Assembly: GCA_040954595.2 (NCBI GenBank)
Contig: CM082576.2
Location: 14,015,129-14,079,128, forward strand
Direction: 5' to 3'
DNA from: Balanoglossus misakiensis
Taxonomy: Eukaryota; Animalia; Hemichordata
DNA length: 64,000 nt
The notes below the pieces were generated by a model. That model was not told where the DNA came from, searched no databases, and saw only the letters and a program-made list of their open reading frames with translations. Positions 26,201 through 40,300 of this stretch are shown piece by piece. Positions within the stretch are counted from its first letter, which is position 1. The number at the start of each line of letters is the position of its first letter. The position numbers were made by a program, and so were the translations under genes.

Positions 26201-28378
26201 AAGCAAGAGTTATCATTCAGTATATGGATAAAAGATGAAAAAATATGATCTCTTACATAAAAATGTCCCATAAGAGTATACAGCATGTGATATAATATAT
26301 GACCATGACAATACAATAACTCATGTGGGCCGATGCTTTCAACGTGGATTTACCGGTATGCTATGACAATGTACATGAAAAACAAAATGGCTACCATCAA
26401 CGTTCTATTACAGTACTTTCTGGGGAATCTACATGTAAATTTTATATTTTTTGCCAAAAATGGCACAAATATGAAGTACTTTAACGAAAAAAAAGGTAAT
26501 GTCTTGGAGAATCTTGACATCTACAGACAGTTGAAAGTATCAGCCAACAAATGAATCTAATTCTAATAAATGACATTGTTTAATATTAATTTATAAGAAA
26601 AAAAAACTCATAACATATTGGCTAATGCTAAGCTCTCCCCAATAGGGGATAGTACCGTTGATTACGACCGAAATAGTACGTACATTCGGTTTAACATAAA
26701 ACTATGAACAAAAATTCTGGACTAAACATAGATTATAATTATTGGGGAATTTATTTTAATATTGGCGATGAAAATGCATCTGACCTTTTTTTTGTTAATC
26801 CCATTAAATATAACTGAAATGAACATTTCCTCCCAAAGTGCATCCTGATTGGTTCATTATTCATTTTTTTTATGAAATGAACGCATTCGTTTGCCTGTAA
26901 AATACGAAGAATACTTTGCATATGGTTGGCAAGTTTAGTCTGGGTGGTGGGGGCATTTGAAAAACTGCCGGGCATTGACTTTGACGGTTGATGAAAATGA
27001 CAAGAACGGCAGTGGCCACTTTGATTCGTTTTCCCACATTATGTACACAACGACGTGCATAGCTGAATAACCAATCACAGAACTGCTTCCGAAAGTAAAC
27101 AAAAACGAAAAACGTTCCATTTGAGAGAGAGAGCTTATGATTGGTCATGCGAGTACAGCTCAATTCAAATGACAAATTCAGGCAAACATACATACCCATA
27201 CATACAATTTTTTTTTGTAAAAATACATACACAAGAGAAACTTCTGTAATTGTAACATACACACGTAATATTCATTCACTCTGTATCACCCGTGTGTGAG
27301 ACAGAGACACTCAGAGAGATTTCTGTCAATGTCACTATTTTTCACATCCCCTCAAGAGATGTAATTCCAATACCAAACCAAATAATACGATATTAATATA
27401 CATGTACATACCAGTCAATGATATTACTAGTATAGCTAGTTCAAATTCAAAAGCGAAATATAAAAAATGTTCATTTAAAATCATCCCACGAAAATTTTCA
27501 CCCTCCCTTCCCCCATCTTTGCAAAAAAAAAAAAAAATCAATTTCTGTATCATTGCGAGATCCCCATGGGCAAAAAATCAATCTTTACCACAAATTATTA
27601 GTATACACTTGAATATAACTGTTATGAATTGAGTGCCATGCTCTTTAAGCTGGTATCACTTCTATGTGGGAATTATCCATCCAGTTGCTTGAGTAGGGTA
27701 CGTTCACATATTACAGGAAAATCACAGAGGTATTGGTTGAAGGGAATGAGGGTTTTAAAAAATCAACGATACTCTTGCTAAATTTTATACAATATTTAAA
27801 TCTATGAGATAAAACACTAATAGTAATACGCATTTCTGTGAAGAATTTGGATGAGATGAACAGTTCTGTTTCAACCAAGCCCCTCAAAACTGTGCACTTC
27901 TCCTAAACATTACGTAAAAATATGTATCATTCGATTTTTGGTTTGGACAACGAGAACTTTCACAAATATAATTAACACCAAAATCACCCCCGTTTTCCCT
28001 GTTTATAATAAAAAAAAATTTCCAATGTGTCGGACACTTTAGACGATTTCCTCAGAAGTAACAGGGGTTCCTACATTGGCACCTTTTAAAAAATTTTGTT
28101 CACATTGTAAACACCTACGCTACCTTCGTTTACGGCCTTGACCATCTCTGTGTATACTACGTGGGATAATGCACAGCAAATTATTATATACATGATATAT
28201 GAGCTGTTTTTTAGTTACAACATAATAGTGTTTTGTTCATATTTGGGGCTCAGTCACTGGATCGTGTAGTAAAAGCGTAATATTCCCATATTTGCATATC
28301 TCCATATTGAACAACCACAGGTATACACACTGAGGTCAAAAGTCAAAAAGTTCGACTCCGAGAAGGCCGGAAGCCTTC

Positions 28379-31300
28379 TCAGACGTACCACTCTCTCGAG
28401 TCGTGCTTTTTCATGAGTGGTTTGTTGACGGCGTCCTTGCCGTTGTACAAGGTGCCGTTGGCGTTGGGCATGATCACCGTGCTGGTCGGAGTGCCGTAGC
28501 TGTAGTTGCGACTCTCGTCGATCCGGTACGAGCCCTCGTTGCGATTCCTGTACTTGTAGACGGCGTAGAGCAGGATGAGGATGGCGATGCAGACGGCGGC
28601 CACGATCCCGACCACCATGGCCGTCTGGCCCAGCCCCGATTTGGCCAGCGGTTGCGGGGCGCCCTCGACGGGCGTCGTGTGGCTAGGCTCGGGGCTGCTG
28701 CTGATCATGCTCTCAGTTCTTTCCCGGGGTCTCTCTTTGGTGGGTTCCGGCATTCCCATTGTCTTGTTCATCGTGCCCCCTGTGGCCTTCGTGGTCATGC
28801 TCATTGCTTTGGTCGTCGGCCCCGGTCGCGTCAGCGGGGTTTCCGTCATCATCTTCTTCGTCGCAGTGGGCTCCGGAAGGGGCGTCTCTGTCATTTTGGC
28901 GGTCGGTCTCGCGGCGGTCACCGTGGTGATTTCCGTCTTGGCCGTGCTGCTTTGTATGGGCATCTCTCCCGATCCGGACATTTCCTCGCAGTCCTCGTCG
29001 TCGTCGTCCATCCCGTCGCATTTCCCGGATCCCTCCTCCGGCTCCATGGGTTCCTTCCGCATGGGCGTCGTCTGTTTGATCGGCGGCAAGGTGGTTGGCT
29101 TCATGGTGCTCCTGATGGTGGTGGGCTGCGGTTTGGTCGTCATGGCTTTGGTTGTCATCTTGGCGGCGCTGGTCATTGGCAGCGTGGTGGCCATCTTGGG
29201 TGATGTCATCTCCATGACAGGCGGTGCCATAGTCTCACCTAAAACACATAACAATTCAGGACAGAGATTATTTTGCATGCCTTACTGCCAAATTATTTGG
29301 TGACTGAGTCTTCCATAACCTAAACAGTCACACATATGCATGTCTAACGTAATGGACATATCAAAAGAAGACACTTCAAAAGAAGTTTACTTTTGACCTG
29401 AGCTACACTGCCATATTCTCTGTTTTGACATATGAAAAGCATTATGCTATTTCAAATACCTAAAATAATATGCCAAAACTTATGCCAAAGCTAAGTCTTA
29501 ATTGACATGCAATAGTCTTTGCAAGATAATCTTCGATTGGTCCATTAATATGTCAACCCAGTTGTTTAGGGGCGCATGAAAACTGTAAATTATAAGAACA
29601 GGCGTGCTGATGAGCTTGCAATGATAACTCATGACTATTTGAAGAATACGTAATATGCAAACAACTGTACCCACCTTCTCCCGAAGACTCGCAATCATCA
29701 TCTTCATCATCGCTAGAACATCCCGATCCAGACTCGTAGGTGATTTCATCTTCTGTGGGAGCCACTTCCATCGGTTGCGTAGCAACTGCCGGCTGTCAAC
29801 AACAAAAGAAAATCCAAATGATGACTGTGTCCCTTTGCCACAGTGTGGAACCACCACACTTTTTGTACCTGTACTTTTGAAAAGTATTTTCACAAAAGTC
29901 AGTAGCTATGATGGAGACTTTGTACGGGCTTGTTAAAACAATGTTGTATACCACACAGAATTCTGGAGTATTTTTTTTTTAAAATTACTTCAAAATTGTT
30001 GTAATACCTCCATCTTATATTTTGAAAAGAATAGACATTATTACATCTGGCACATGAATGAATGTTTCAGTACTTATGTACTTCTGTTTTCGCTCAAATC
30101 TGGCTGTCTACAACAAAGACATGCACATTCATAAGACAAAGGACACATGTCTCTACAAGAGGAAAATGCTGCGTCCATTTCACTGGTCAAGTACAAAACC
30201 AACTTATTAGTGTTTAACAATGCATACTGCTGAAAGAAAATTCTTAATGTTGTAAAATAATAAGGCTGTCGATTGAAAATGTATGAACAAATATGATCTG
30301 GCATTACTCCCCCATGACTACAAATGCCAGTCATGGTTTTGGCTAATGCTTGATACTGTAAAAACGGGTTATTTTCGCGACAGGAAATTTTTGCGATATC
30401 AAAAGAGGCAGGATTAAATTTCTCATATTTCGCTAACTGCATCGTTATCTCCGAAAAACATTTTACGCGACTTTATATTTTCATGTGTTTTTGGCTCTTG
30501 CGTATTTCGCGAAAATTTATTGCTCGCGAAAATAACCCTTTTTACAGTATATCACCTGACGAGTCGCTGGAATAAATGAGTGGACAAATGTCAACCTCTA
30601 ACACATACGGCAAAGAGTTGGAACAAGAAATGTGTGCAGATGTTCTGGAGTGGAGCTGTATGTATAAACAGTGCATGCCAGTGCAGTGGTTCATGGGCCA
30701 TTCATCTATCTATCAGAGTCTAGCACACCACGGCACAGCTCTGGTACGGTCAGCATGCAACCACAGTCGACAAGTGCTAAAAATAACTAGTGGTAATGTG
30801 CTGATTGTGCTTTGTAAAGTCAAAGAACATTCTGGGAGTGCAAGGATTCAGTGACTGCGGCGCAGTGCTGACGGGGGGTGATGGTGGTTACAAAGCGTGT
30901 GCTTCACTAGTGCCGGGTCTTCAGGTCAATTTCACGCTAAACAATCTGAAGCTAAACAGCCAAAACACTTCCCATGCTCTTGAGAGAGAGAGAGAGAGAA
31001 AGGCATACGAATACAAATAGCTGACCTGTGGGTCAGAGGTCATGGCCATTGACGTGTCGATGGCTGTATCAGTGCCAGGGCGATAGGCATCTGGTGAACT
31101 TGTTAGGATGAAATCTTGCTGAGGTTGAGACGGCAGAATAAAGATTGACGTTAGCAGACATTAGAGGGGTGGGGTGGGGGTGAGGGTGGGGTTGGGAGAT
31201 GCAGAAGAGATTTGAAGTGATGCATATTCTGCTGTGAAAGTGTGTCCTAAGCATATAACTTCAGTCAGAAGAAAGATTTCTGTACCAAACTCTACTGACA

Positions 31301-34300
31301 TGACAAGACACCAAACACTCCGATCTGTGGACATGCAAAGTGCATCACTACCAGTCTAATCCAGCATATACCAATACTGTTTAATGTATATGCATTATGA
31401 CAGCGCTAGTTTACTACATAATCCTTTCATTGATCCATGGTCCCCGGTTGCGTTTTTGCCATACATGTATCTGTACACACTGCACAAAACCACACTTTGC
31501 CAACTTCTGACCATGTAGGACTTAAAAAACCTCCCAGCTAGTGTGTTTTAGTGTCAGTCAGCAGCAGAGAATGTAGGCTAATTTGATTTGTCAAAAATAA
31601 CACTTTGACCAATTGATATTAGAATGTATGTTTAAGATTACTGCATCACTATTGTAAATGCAAGTCACCATTATCGTGAGAGCAAAGCATCTATATTGGA
31701 TTCCCAAACTCCCGTTTGTTAGAAGGCACAACGATGGTGCCAAACGCAGTGCTTTGCGTTGCAGCAAACTTAGTAGTTGCAACAGTCGCTGTGGTTAAGA
31801 AAGTCAAATCTTGCTGTACATGTAGATGGCAGGTGGAAGAGTTTTTGTCAGGTATTAGAGAGGTAAACGGACAGCAAATATACAATGTAAAATATATATC
31901 AGGCAATGAGAATGAAGTCATGGAAACACATCAGTAGCAGATATCATTGTTAAGAATTTGAACGAGAAAAACAGAGAAGATAAGAATGAATGATGTAGAG
32001 GGCTAACCTGTGTTGACAAAACCTTTTCCATGGTTGTGCTAGCCTGTGTTGTGCTTAGCTATATTGAGATATTAAAGTGTATACCAAAGTTAACATCACT
32101 GTTAAACTTACAGGAATCCAATACCGTAGTTGTCCGGGTAAGAACCCCTGCTCGGACAAACGCCCCCCCTGGTTTTAGGGCCCATTTGTAGATCGAGGCC
32201 ATATCCGGTCTAAAGCCCCCCCCCCCCCCCCCCCCCCCCCCCCGGCCGAATATCCATTAAATTCTTGGAAATTTAATAAAGTGCAATGCAAAAAAGGCGG
32301 ATTTTCATCCCCAAAGTCACTAAAAGTGAAAAAAAAAATGTATGATGATTTACTTTCGCGCTGATTATCGTACCCACCGCGGCCGACTGGCCACGCTGAG
32401 TTATATATAGCCGCTCTAGAAAACATGACCTCAGACAGGTCCCTCGGGACCGTGCCTCGAATTCAACGATCACTTAGATGGACGCGCTGCCGCGTGTGAG
32501 GTCACCGGGGAGCTTTCCAAAGCGGCCGCGTGGAGCTGCTTCAGTCCGTCCTCGACGCGAAACACCCAACATTGGAAGATCCCGACTTGGACTCGGAGAA
32601 TGAACCACTCAAAAATTTGCATAAAAGTCGAGGTGGCCATCCCTCATTTGCATAAATCTCGAGGCCATATCCGGGCTAAAGCCCCCCCCCCTGTTTTTTC
32701 GCTAATCTGTTGGCCCAGCACCCGGGGCTCTTACCCGGGCAACTACTGTAGTTGTCTTTATGAATTAAATTTCAATCATCTAGTATGTGGTTAGTTTGAT
32801 TTTTTCAGTCAGATTATGATGCACGTCTATGTTAGTTTGTAAGTTAAGCATAAACACTATGTTGCGTAGAGATGACATGCCTACAAAGACCTACAACAGG
32901 CAACACCTGGGGTTGGACTACGTTAGATGCATTCTAATTTCCTACATTAGTTTTTTTCTTCTACAGTAATTAGTTCATTAGACAGCGTTTGTGATTTAAC
33001 GATGGCAATCAATGACAATTCAAGATGAACTGCTCTGAGGCAAATGTAATATTTAAAAGAAGGAAGAAGAAAATGCAGATGGCTGATCATTTCTCACTGT
33101 TGGGGTTACAGGCATACTGTTTGGACGAATAGACGATGGGGTATTTCACTGTTTTTTCCCCCAAGGGGGATCTACACTCTATGCTATACATGAGCAATGC
33201 AGACTCGGCTAATGGGGGCTACCTGAGTTGTCTTATGTGTTGTTGTCTGCATTGTTGTGGTGGTTTCCACGGTAGTGGTCGGCATAGCAGTAGTTGCCAT
33301 GGTGCTCACTTTGCTGGTCGTTGGCTAAAGGTAAGCATGAAGAGAGAGAGAAAAAAACAGAGAGAAGGCGAAACATTTGAACGAGACAGCAAGAAACCAC
33401 GGCACTGACCACAAAACAACAATACCAAAAAGACATCCACAAGAATTCCATCAGTGACACCATACAAAACTTCACAACAGCAAGCACGTACGAGTATTTC
33501 AAAAGAAACACCAAATACAAAGACGACGTTCGTTTTCTAACCTTGTCAGTTAGTAGGACTGTGGTTTCAACTGCTGTGGAAGAAGAGACTGAAGTTGAAA
33601 CCGAAGGAGATGTCTGGGGGAGGTTAGAAGAAGTTAGTAGTAGGAGCTGAAAGATAGAAAAGGCAGATTGCTTCGTGTAAGTATTCAGGGTCTCAAGAAG
33701 ATTTGCAGATCCTACCAGCACTGCAGGAGATGAGGTAGGAACAGGTCAAAGGTCAAATAGTCAGGATGAATTCCGCATGATCGGTTAGAGGTCAAGGTGA
33801 GATCCAGATTGGTCAGTATGTGTGTGGGAGGTCAGACCAGAACACCATGCCACATCATCTTGCAGGGTGTGTTAAGAGATACGGGTATGCCAGGACAGTA
33901 GTCTGGGCTTTCAGTGTTACGTCTTAGGGAAACTGGCAACCAACCATAGAGGGCGTCATCAGGATTGGGGTGTTGCTTGCAGGGTTAGGGGCTCAGGGCC
34001 ATTATGGAGTGGTTTGTGTGTGATGGGAGGTACAACAGGATGCGATTAGTGAGAACAACTGCTGGAAATAACCAACTGCGCCTTTGCGTCTAGTCTCTGC
34101 TGTCATTCCTTCACTTGGGAGTCAGTTTCTTCCATAACTATACCTCCAGATCAATTATCCCCAAGGTGTGAGATCAGACAGACAGCAAATGATCACGTCT
34201 TCACAGAATGACGTAAATCAGCCTGCAAAACGAAATCCAACTTTACCTTCTCTGGCATGTCAGGTGCCTTGGTGGTGGGCACAGGTCCTGGTGGGGGCTG

Positions 34301-37300
34301 CGTCAGTGTTACATCGCCCTCTACAGTCACGCGCGGATCATTCTTCATTGCCAGGTCGATCACGCTGATTCCGTTGTAGTGGACGCCTTGTATCATACCG
34401 ATGAATGCTCGGTCCAGTTCGCGTCTTGACCTCCTGGAGTCCGTGTTGCCTCGCGCTCCGAGTTTCACAAATGTTTGTGAGTTGAAGATTTTCAACTGAT
34501 CACCTGAAAAGCGAAGAGAAATGGATTTTTTATAATAGCATCCGCTATGTGGAACAACCTGTATGTGAACTTTGCATGATTCCTGCTAGCAGCTATGGAA
34601 CATTGAGAGGAAATCATGCTTTATACTGAAACCATATTTTTATTTCAGTGCTAAATTCAATAAAATTCACTTCATGCTTTGCCTCATTAAACCCAGGCCT
34701 AGGTGCTTGTAAATAGACAAATGTTACAACTTTGATAGAAAATGACCTTGACATTGTTTGAAAAGAAAGTGTTAAACTATCTGCTGGGCGAAAAAGAATA
34801 AATGGCAGTTAAGTTTGAACACATCAGAATACACATCGTGACACAAGAGGTACTAACCTGTGACAAATTTTGATCTGACCGGTTCGTCATCAACTTGGAG
34901 AGTGGAATTAGCGCCATTTCGCAAGAAAGTCACCACGTGATATTTGTTGTCGTTGATTTTCATCAACAGTTCCCCAACTGGATGGTCTTCAGTGCCCATA
35001 TTGTACACCACAAACAAGTTACCTTCCACCTGTTGTAAGGTATGTACAAGAATTTGATCAGTATTTCGCGTCATACCGCATGATAACAATTTTCTTTCAC
35101 TACGTCAAATTTGCAATAATCACTTTGCAAATTTCAGGATTCTTTTCCAGAATGCACAGCATAAGAAGTCCTCAATTTTTTAGTTCACAGTTGCAGCATA
35201 CATTGTCAGTCTGAAAATATGAATACCAAATAATCCTAAAAAATATCAGCAATGGTCCTTAATTGAACTGAAGTGGTCAAAAAAATTCAGATCAAAGTTA
35301 GGCAATGCGAAATTGCAACTCCTTGTTCAACCTTCTTTGCTTTTATGGGAAACTGGGTGAAAAATTACTCCACCAAAACACAAAGTATTCCTTTGTTTCA
35401 ACATCAAACATCCACGCTAGGCAGAGAAAATCATGACATACCACAAACATACAGAATAATAAATTTTGCTCTATGACAAATGGTAAGACTGCTTTGTCAT
35501 TATATCTTTTCACTTACAATTTCCATTTCAATGTAATCTTTGGACGCAATGCTGTCAATTCTGGCAATGACAGCGTCTCTGGATTTGGTGCGGATGCCAA
35601 CAGCCAGTCTGTCTGAGTGAGATCCTGGTCTCTCTCCCTCTGGGTACATGAACGTTATAAGGCCGCCGTCACCTTCAAATTTCGCCTGGGCACCTCCTGA
35701 TCGGGTGAAACGAGAAATTTGAATGAACTCTTGAAATATTTTCATCGAGGGGTTATTCTATCTACAGATATTATTCTTGCATGGTTTCAGGAAGTGCTAC
35801 TTCACACATGGAGAGTGTAACAAGCTTTAGCATTACAGTACTTGAAGATGATTATCTAATCGAAGAACAATGTTTTCGTAAATTCACACAATTTCTGTAA
35901 TTCCATCACATTCAAGTATTTCCACTTTAACCCTTCCACCACAATGGTTTGGTCCAAACCCATTGTTTTCTACGGTAAGGTTGGACCTCTTAAGAGGGAA
36001 TTGGGGTGGAAGGGTTCAACAAATAATCACATAATTGTATACAGTTCCATTTCATGAACGTTTCAATATGCTAATGTCTACTATACTGTCTGTGGCTGAA
36101 GGAGTCCAAACTTTTTATGAATGTTGGTCAAAAACGCACTTGTCTGACATAGCCCAATTTAGTAGAAATCTTCCCTTGTGATGCATCAAAAGATGATACT
36201 CGTGAATATATCATACGCTACAAAATCAATACAGCATGCTTGGAGTAGGAAATTCAAAAGATGAACTCACTTGTTTCACATCTTTCTCCAGTAAATGTTG
36301 TCAGATCACAGTCGCACGAGAAATCATTCCACAACTGGGAGCATTCACCTCTGTTCTGACAAGAATCTGGTTCACACGCTCTGTTGGGAGCTTTGGAGAG
36401 AGAGAGAGGGGAGAAAAAGACATTTACATGTTTGCCTTATTTAAAGAAATCTGTCAGTACTTTTTATTTTTCCACCATCATTAGTTGGACAGACACTTGC
36501 GATTTTAATATACATGTATAATGAAAGATGTCTGCAACGGCCCTTGTCCAAATTGGTAACCCAAGTTCATACTGAAACACGTTTGACAATCCCCTTGGCA
36601 AAATTCATCATTTTTTGCACTACAATGAAGTCACCCAACAAATATATTAAACGAGTAATACCTTCACAACCCCTGATGATGAAATCACTGCGCACATTAA
36701 AGGCATCCTCAATCAGGTCTGGAACGACACCGTTCATGTCCAGAGCGGCGATGCAGCCGAGGTAGCCGTACCTGGACTGCACCATCTCCGGCAGGCTGTC
36801 GTAGAGGAACTCCTCGATGCCGCCGACCCTCATGTTCTCCGTCAGGTCGATGTGGCGCGGCCCGCTGGCCGGCTGCGTCTTGGTGGTGGCGTCGTCCACC
36901 TTCAGCACCTGGCGGTCGCGGTTGTCCCGGGTGATGGTCACCTCGTGCCACTGGTTGTTGTTGAGCCGGGTGACCGTGTTGGCGCGCATGACGCTGGTCT
37001 TGTCGCCCGTGTTGAAGACGAAGTGGACGTAGCCGTCCACCAGCTCCACGGCCAGGAAGTCGTTGCCGTCGCCGTCGTTGAAGAGGATCAGGCCGTTGGG
37101 CTCCACCGTGCGGAACTGGAAGAAGAGGTTGAGCACCGGGTAGGTGTTGGGCGGCGTCAGAACCACGAAGGCCTCCCGCGACTTGAACGTGATCGGGTTA
37201 CTGATGATCTGGTCGTCTATATTATCAAAGCTGGCCGTCACTTCTATGTTCGTGAACGTCCCAGTCTTGGCCATCTCGAAGAATTCCTGGCCGTTGAACC

Positions 37301-40300
37301 GGAACTGCTCCATGTGGCCCAGGAAGTTCGAAGGGGGAAGGAGGAGCTTCTTGCGGGTCTCGTCCGACAGGGCACCCACTTCGATCTTCCTGAACTCCAG
37401 GACTCTGTTGAAACCTTCTGTGTTACCTGAAAGCGAATTGACAATTTGCATGTTATGCTAAAGAGTGTGTGGGGATTGAGACACGAGAGAGCTGGGAACA
37501 ATTCGGTTAATTGCTGAGCTGGTCAAACTTATAGTTACACAGTTAATTTTTTCTTTTTTGGTTAAAACGGAGATGCATTACTTTCTTGGGGAAACTGAAC
37601 GACTGTTAGATTTTCCAGGAATTGTTAAAGTTGACTGCTGTTTGGGATCAGATGACAGTATTTTCAGTAAAACAAATTACAGAATAAAGTAACACACAGT
37701 ATTTGAAATGAGGATTGGGTTGTTTGATTTGCCACATGCAATTCATCATTTAACTTCTAATGTTTTAAATTTAGTTGAATAATAAACAAAACAGCATGAT
37801 AATAAACTTTGCTCTCAGCTCTCTAACAAGTTACCATGAAATGATTACTATATATTAGTCTAGTATCTATCCGTATTTTGTCCACAAAATACAGCTAGAT
37901 ACTAGGCTAACTATATATGTAAAGGGATGTGACATTGCCAAACAGATGATTCCCCATGATGTACACCCACATACCTCCCATTAAATTCCAAGTCAAACAG
38001 AATGAAAGACAAAGCTTGCAAGATGGCTGAAACACCGGCAATTTTACTTTAATTTTTTTAAATCATACCTTTCCCACCCAGTTAACCTGTGAACTTGGAA
38101 GAACCCAACTTACATAATCCATTGGAAAACCTGCGACTGTGACCAATTGGATTATTCCATTTCACAGGAGAAATGGGGGGGGGGGGGTCCTTATCATTAC
38201 CAGCAACAGCAACATTTTTTATGATTTGTTTTGAGTTGCAAGTGACGAGTGCCGATATAGTGAAAACAGCATGTTAATTATTTATTTTTGTTTTCATGTA
38301 TTATTTTGCTTGCAAGTAAGTAAATTTTGCTGATTTGGCTACACATGGTATCATGTGACGAAGCAATGTGATTGTTAGTAAGCATTCCCTCCAATGCACT
38401 TTTAAGAACTGCATATTGTAAACAACAACGGACACATCCAATAAAACAGACGTCCGTTTTGGACGATGTTGTGTGACAATATTGCAGCTGTTTCAAATCT
38501 CTACAGCAGTGACTGCAGTTTGGAGGTGCACCAGCCCTCTTGAAGCTAGTCTAGAAAAACAAACTCCCATTCAAAAAACGAAAACACCTGGCTGTCCGCC
38601 AAGCCACGGAAGAAAAGATGCATTATAATTACAGAGAGAAGAAGAAGACAGACAAGATTAAAAAAGCACAGAGATTTTAAAAAAGAGAGAAAATCAGAGA
38701 CGCAGGCACAGGTCTCTGGCAGCAGTATTAGAGCGTTGCAGCTTGCTGCGTCTGCTGCACCAGGCACTATGCAGAGTGGCAGTTATTACGAAGATGACAC
38801 GACCTACCTCCTGATGGGGTACTGGGACCTTTTGGATTGCAAGTCAGAATTTTGAGAGAAAATTTTGAAAGAATAAAGAGAAGTCGAAACACAAAAAAAA
38901 AATAGAAAGAAATAAAAGAAAAGTGTGTAGGTGGGACGTGGTACACAACAGAAGAGAAAAAAAGACACAAACAAACAAACATAAAAGAACACAAGTTAGA
39001 CAAACTTTGATCATGCTATTCCATGGAGATAGCACTACAGGGTAGTAAGCATTAGAAAAAAAAATATTATCTAAAATATTTCATTTTGCAACTAAGACAA
39101 TATATTAACACTGCAGCAACATTCACACCGACTGCCATCTTGTCTAATCTCTATCACTATCTGCTGGGAAGAGAGATTCTAGTTACTCAAAAGTTGTCAA
39201 CACCACCACTACCAACATTTCATTTGCATAGATTTGCATACATTAATCAGCAATAGAGAAACGACAGGTAGAACTCATGACTTCGTATGCATTACGAAAA
39301 AGCAGAAAATAAATCAAAAATCACAAATTTTATGCCTTTCTATCAGAAGTTCAGAAGTCAGAGAAAAAGTTGTAACAAGGCCATGGAAGTATATACAGAA
39401 AACGTCCACAAAACAATTAACATAACAAGCACCATCATCATCATCAGTACAGATTAAGTAACGATAAACATCTTGTGCAACTGTGAGGAAAAGAACAATC
39501 CCACCAAATGAAATACTGAATTAAAAAAATAAATATAAATATGTATATACTGTTGAGGGGGGGGGGAGCAAATTCGAGATACGGACTGTACTGTACTTAC
39601 CCTCTACGGGGTCCTCATTGTCCACAGACAACGTGACGTGTTGCGCTTTGCGAGTGATCCTCACCACGTGCCACTTCATGTCGTTCAGCCCCTCCCCTGC
39701 GAACAGCTCCGTGGGGCCGGCGCCCAGGTCCACCACCAGCTTCACCTTGCCAGAGTCCAGTTCGGCCATGAGCGTGTCTATGCCGTTGGTGGCCGAGGTG
39801 GCCATCAGCAGGCCGTAGGCGCGCTTGGTCTTGAAGCGCAGGCTGATCTCCTCCACGTCGGTCATGGACTCGTTCTGCATGATGACGCGCATGTACTGGG
39901 TGCCGTCGAAGCTCAGCGTGGCGGCGTCTGAAAGAACCAAAACGTGAGACGTCAGTTAGAACAGACTGGACCACGGTCACACTGTGTGATGATGTGTCCT
40001 GTTGCGACTGTCGTCTTAAGTTTAGGAAACAGCATCAGACTTGAAATCTGCATACAGTCTAGAGGTAAAAGCAGCATACATAAAGATTGCGAGCGTTGAG
40101 CCACTGAGTAAAAGAAGGCAAAACTGGGGAAGACAGCAGTTGGATAAAAACACGGTGGCACTTGCTATCTAATTATAGCAAAAGCTGACAGTGTGTGGCA
40201 GGTGGAGGATACTAGAATTAAGAGTGCAGCTAAAAAAATCACAAAAGTTACTCCATTACCATCACCGGCACCAATATACACACAACTACTCCACGACTAG

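Noticed and set aside
28403-29303. Long + strand ORFs (266 and 242 aa), and similar ones at 36852-37430, 22186-22713 and 50021-50458
   Set aside because: Antisense or alternative-frame shadows of GC-rich neurexin and GPCR exons.
30556-30950. Further possible stalk exons
   Set aside because: No stop-free, phase-0, Ser/Thr-rich segment with good splice sites on both sides was found.
35697-36270. Beta-neurexin-type internal first exon before LNS6
   Set aside because: The intron is only 574 nt, contains a MITE, and shows no ATG-signal-peptide-donor unit.
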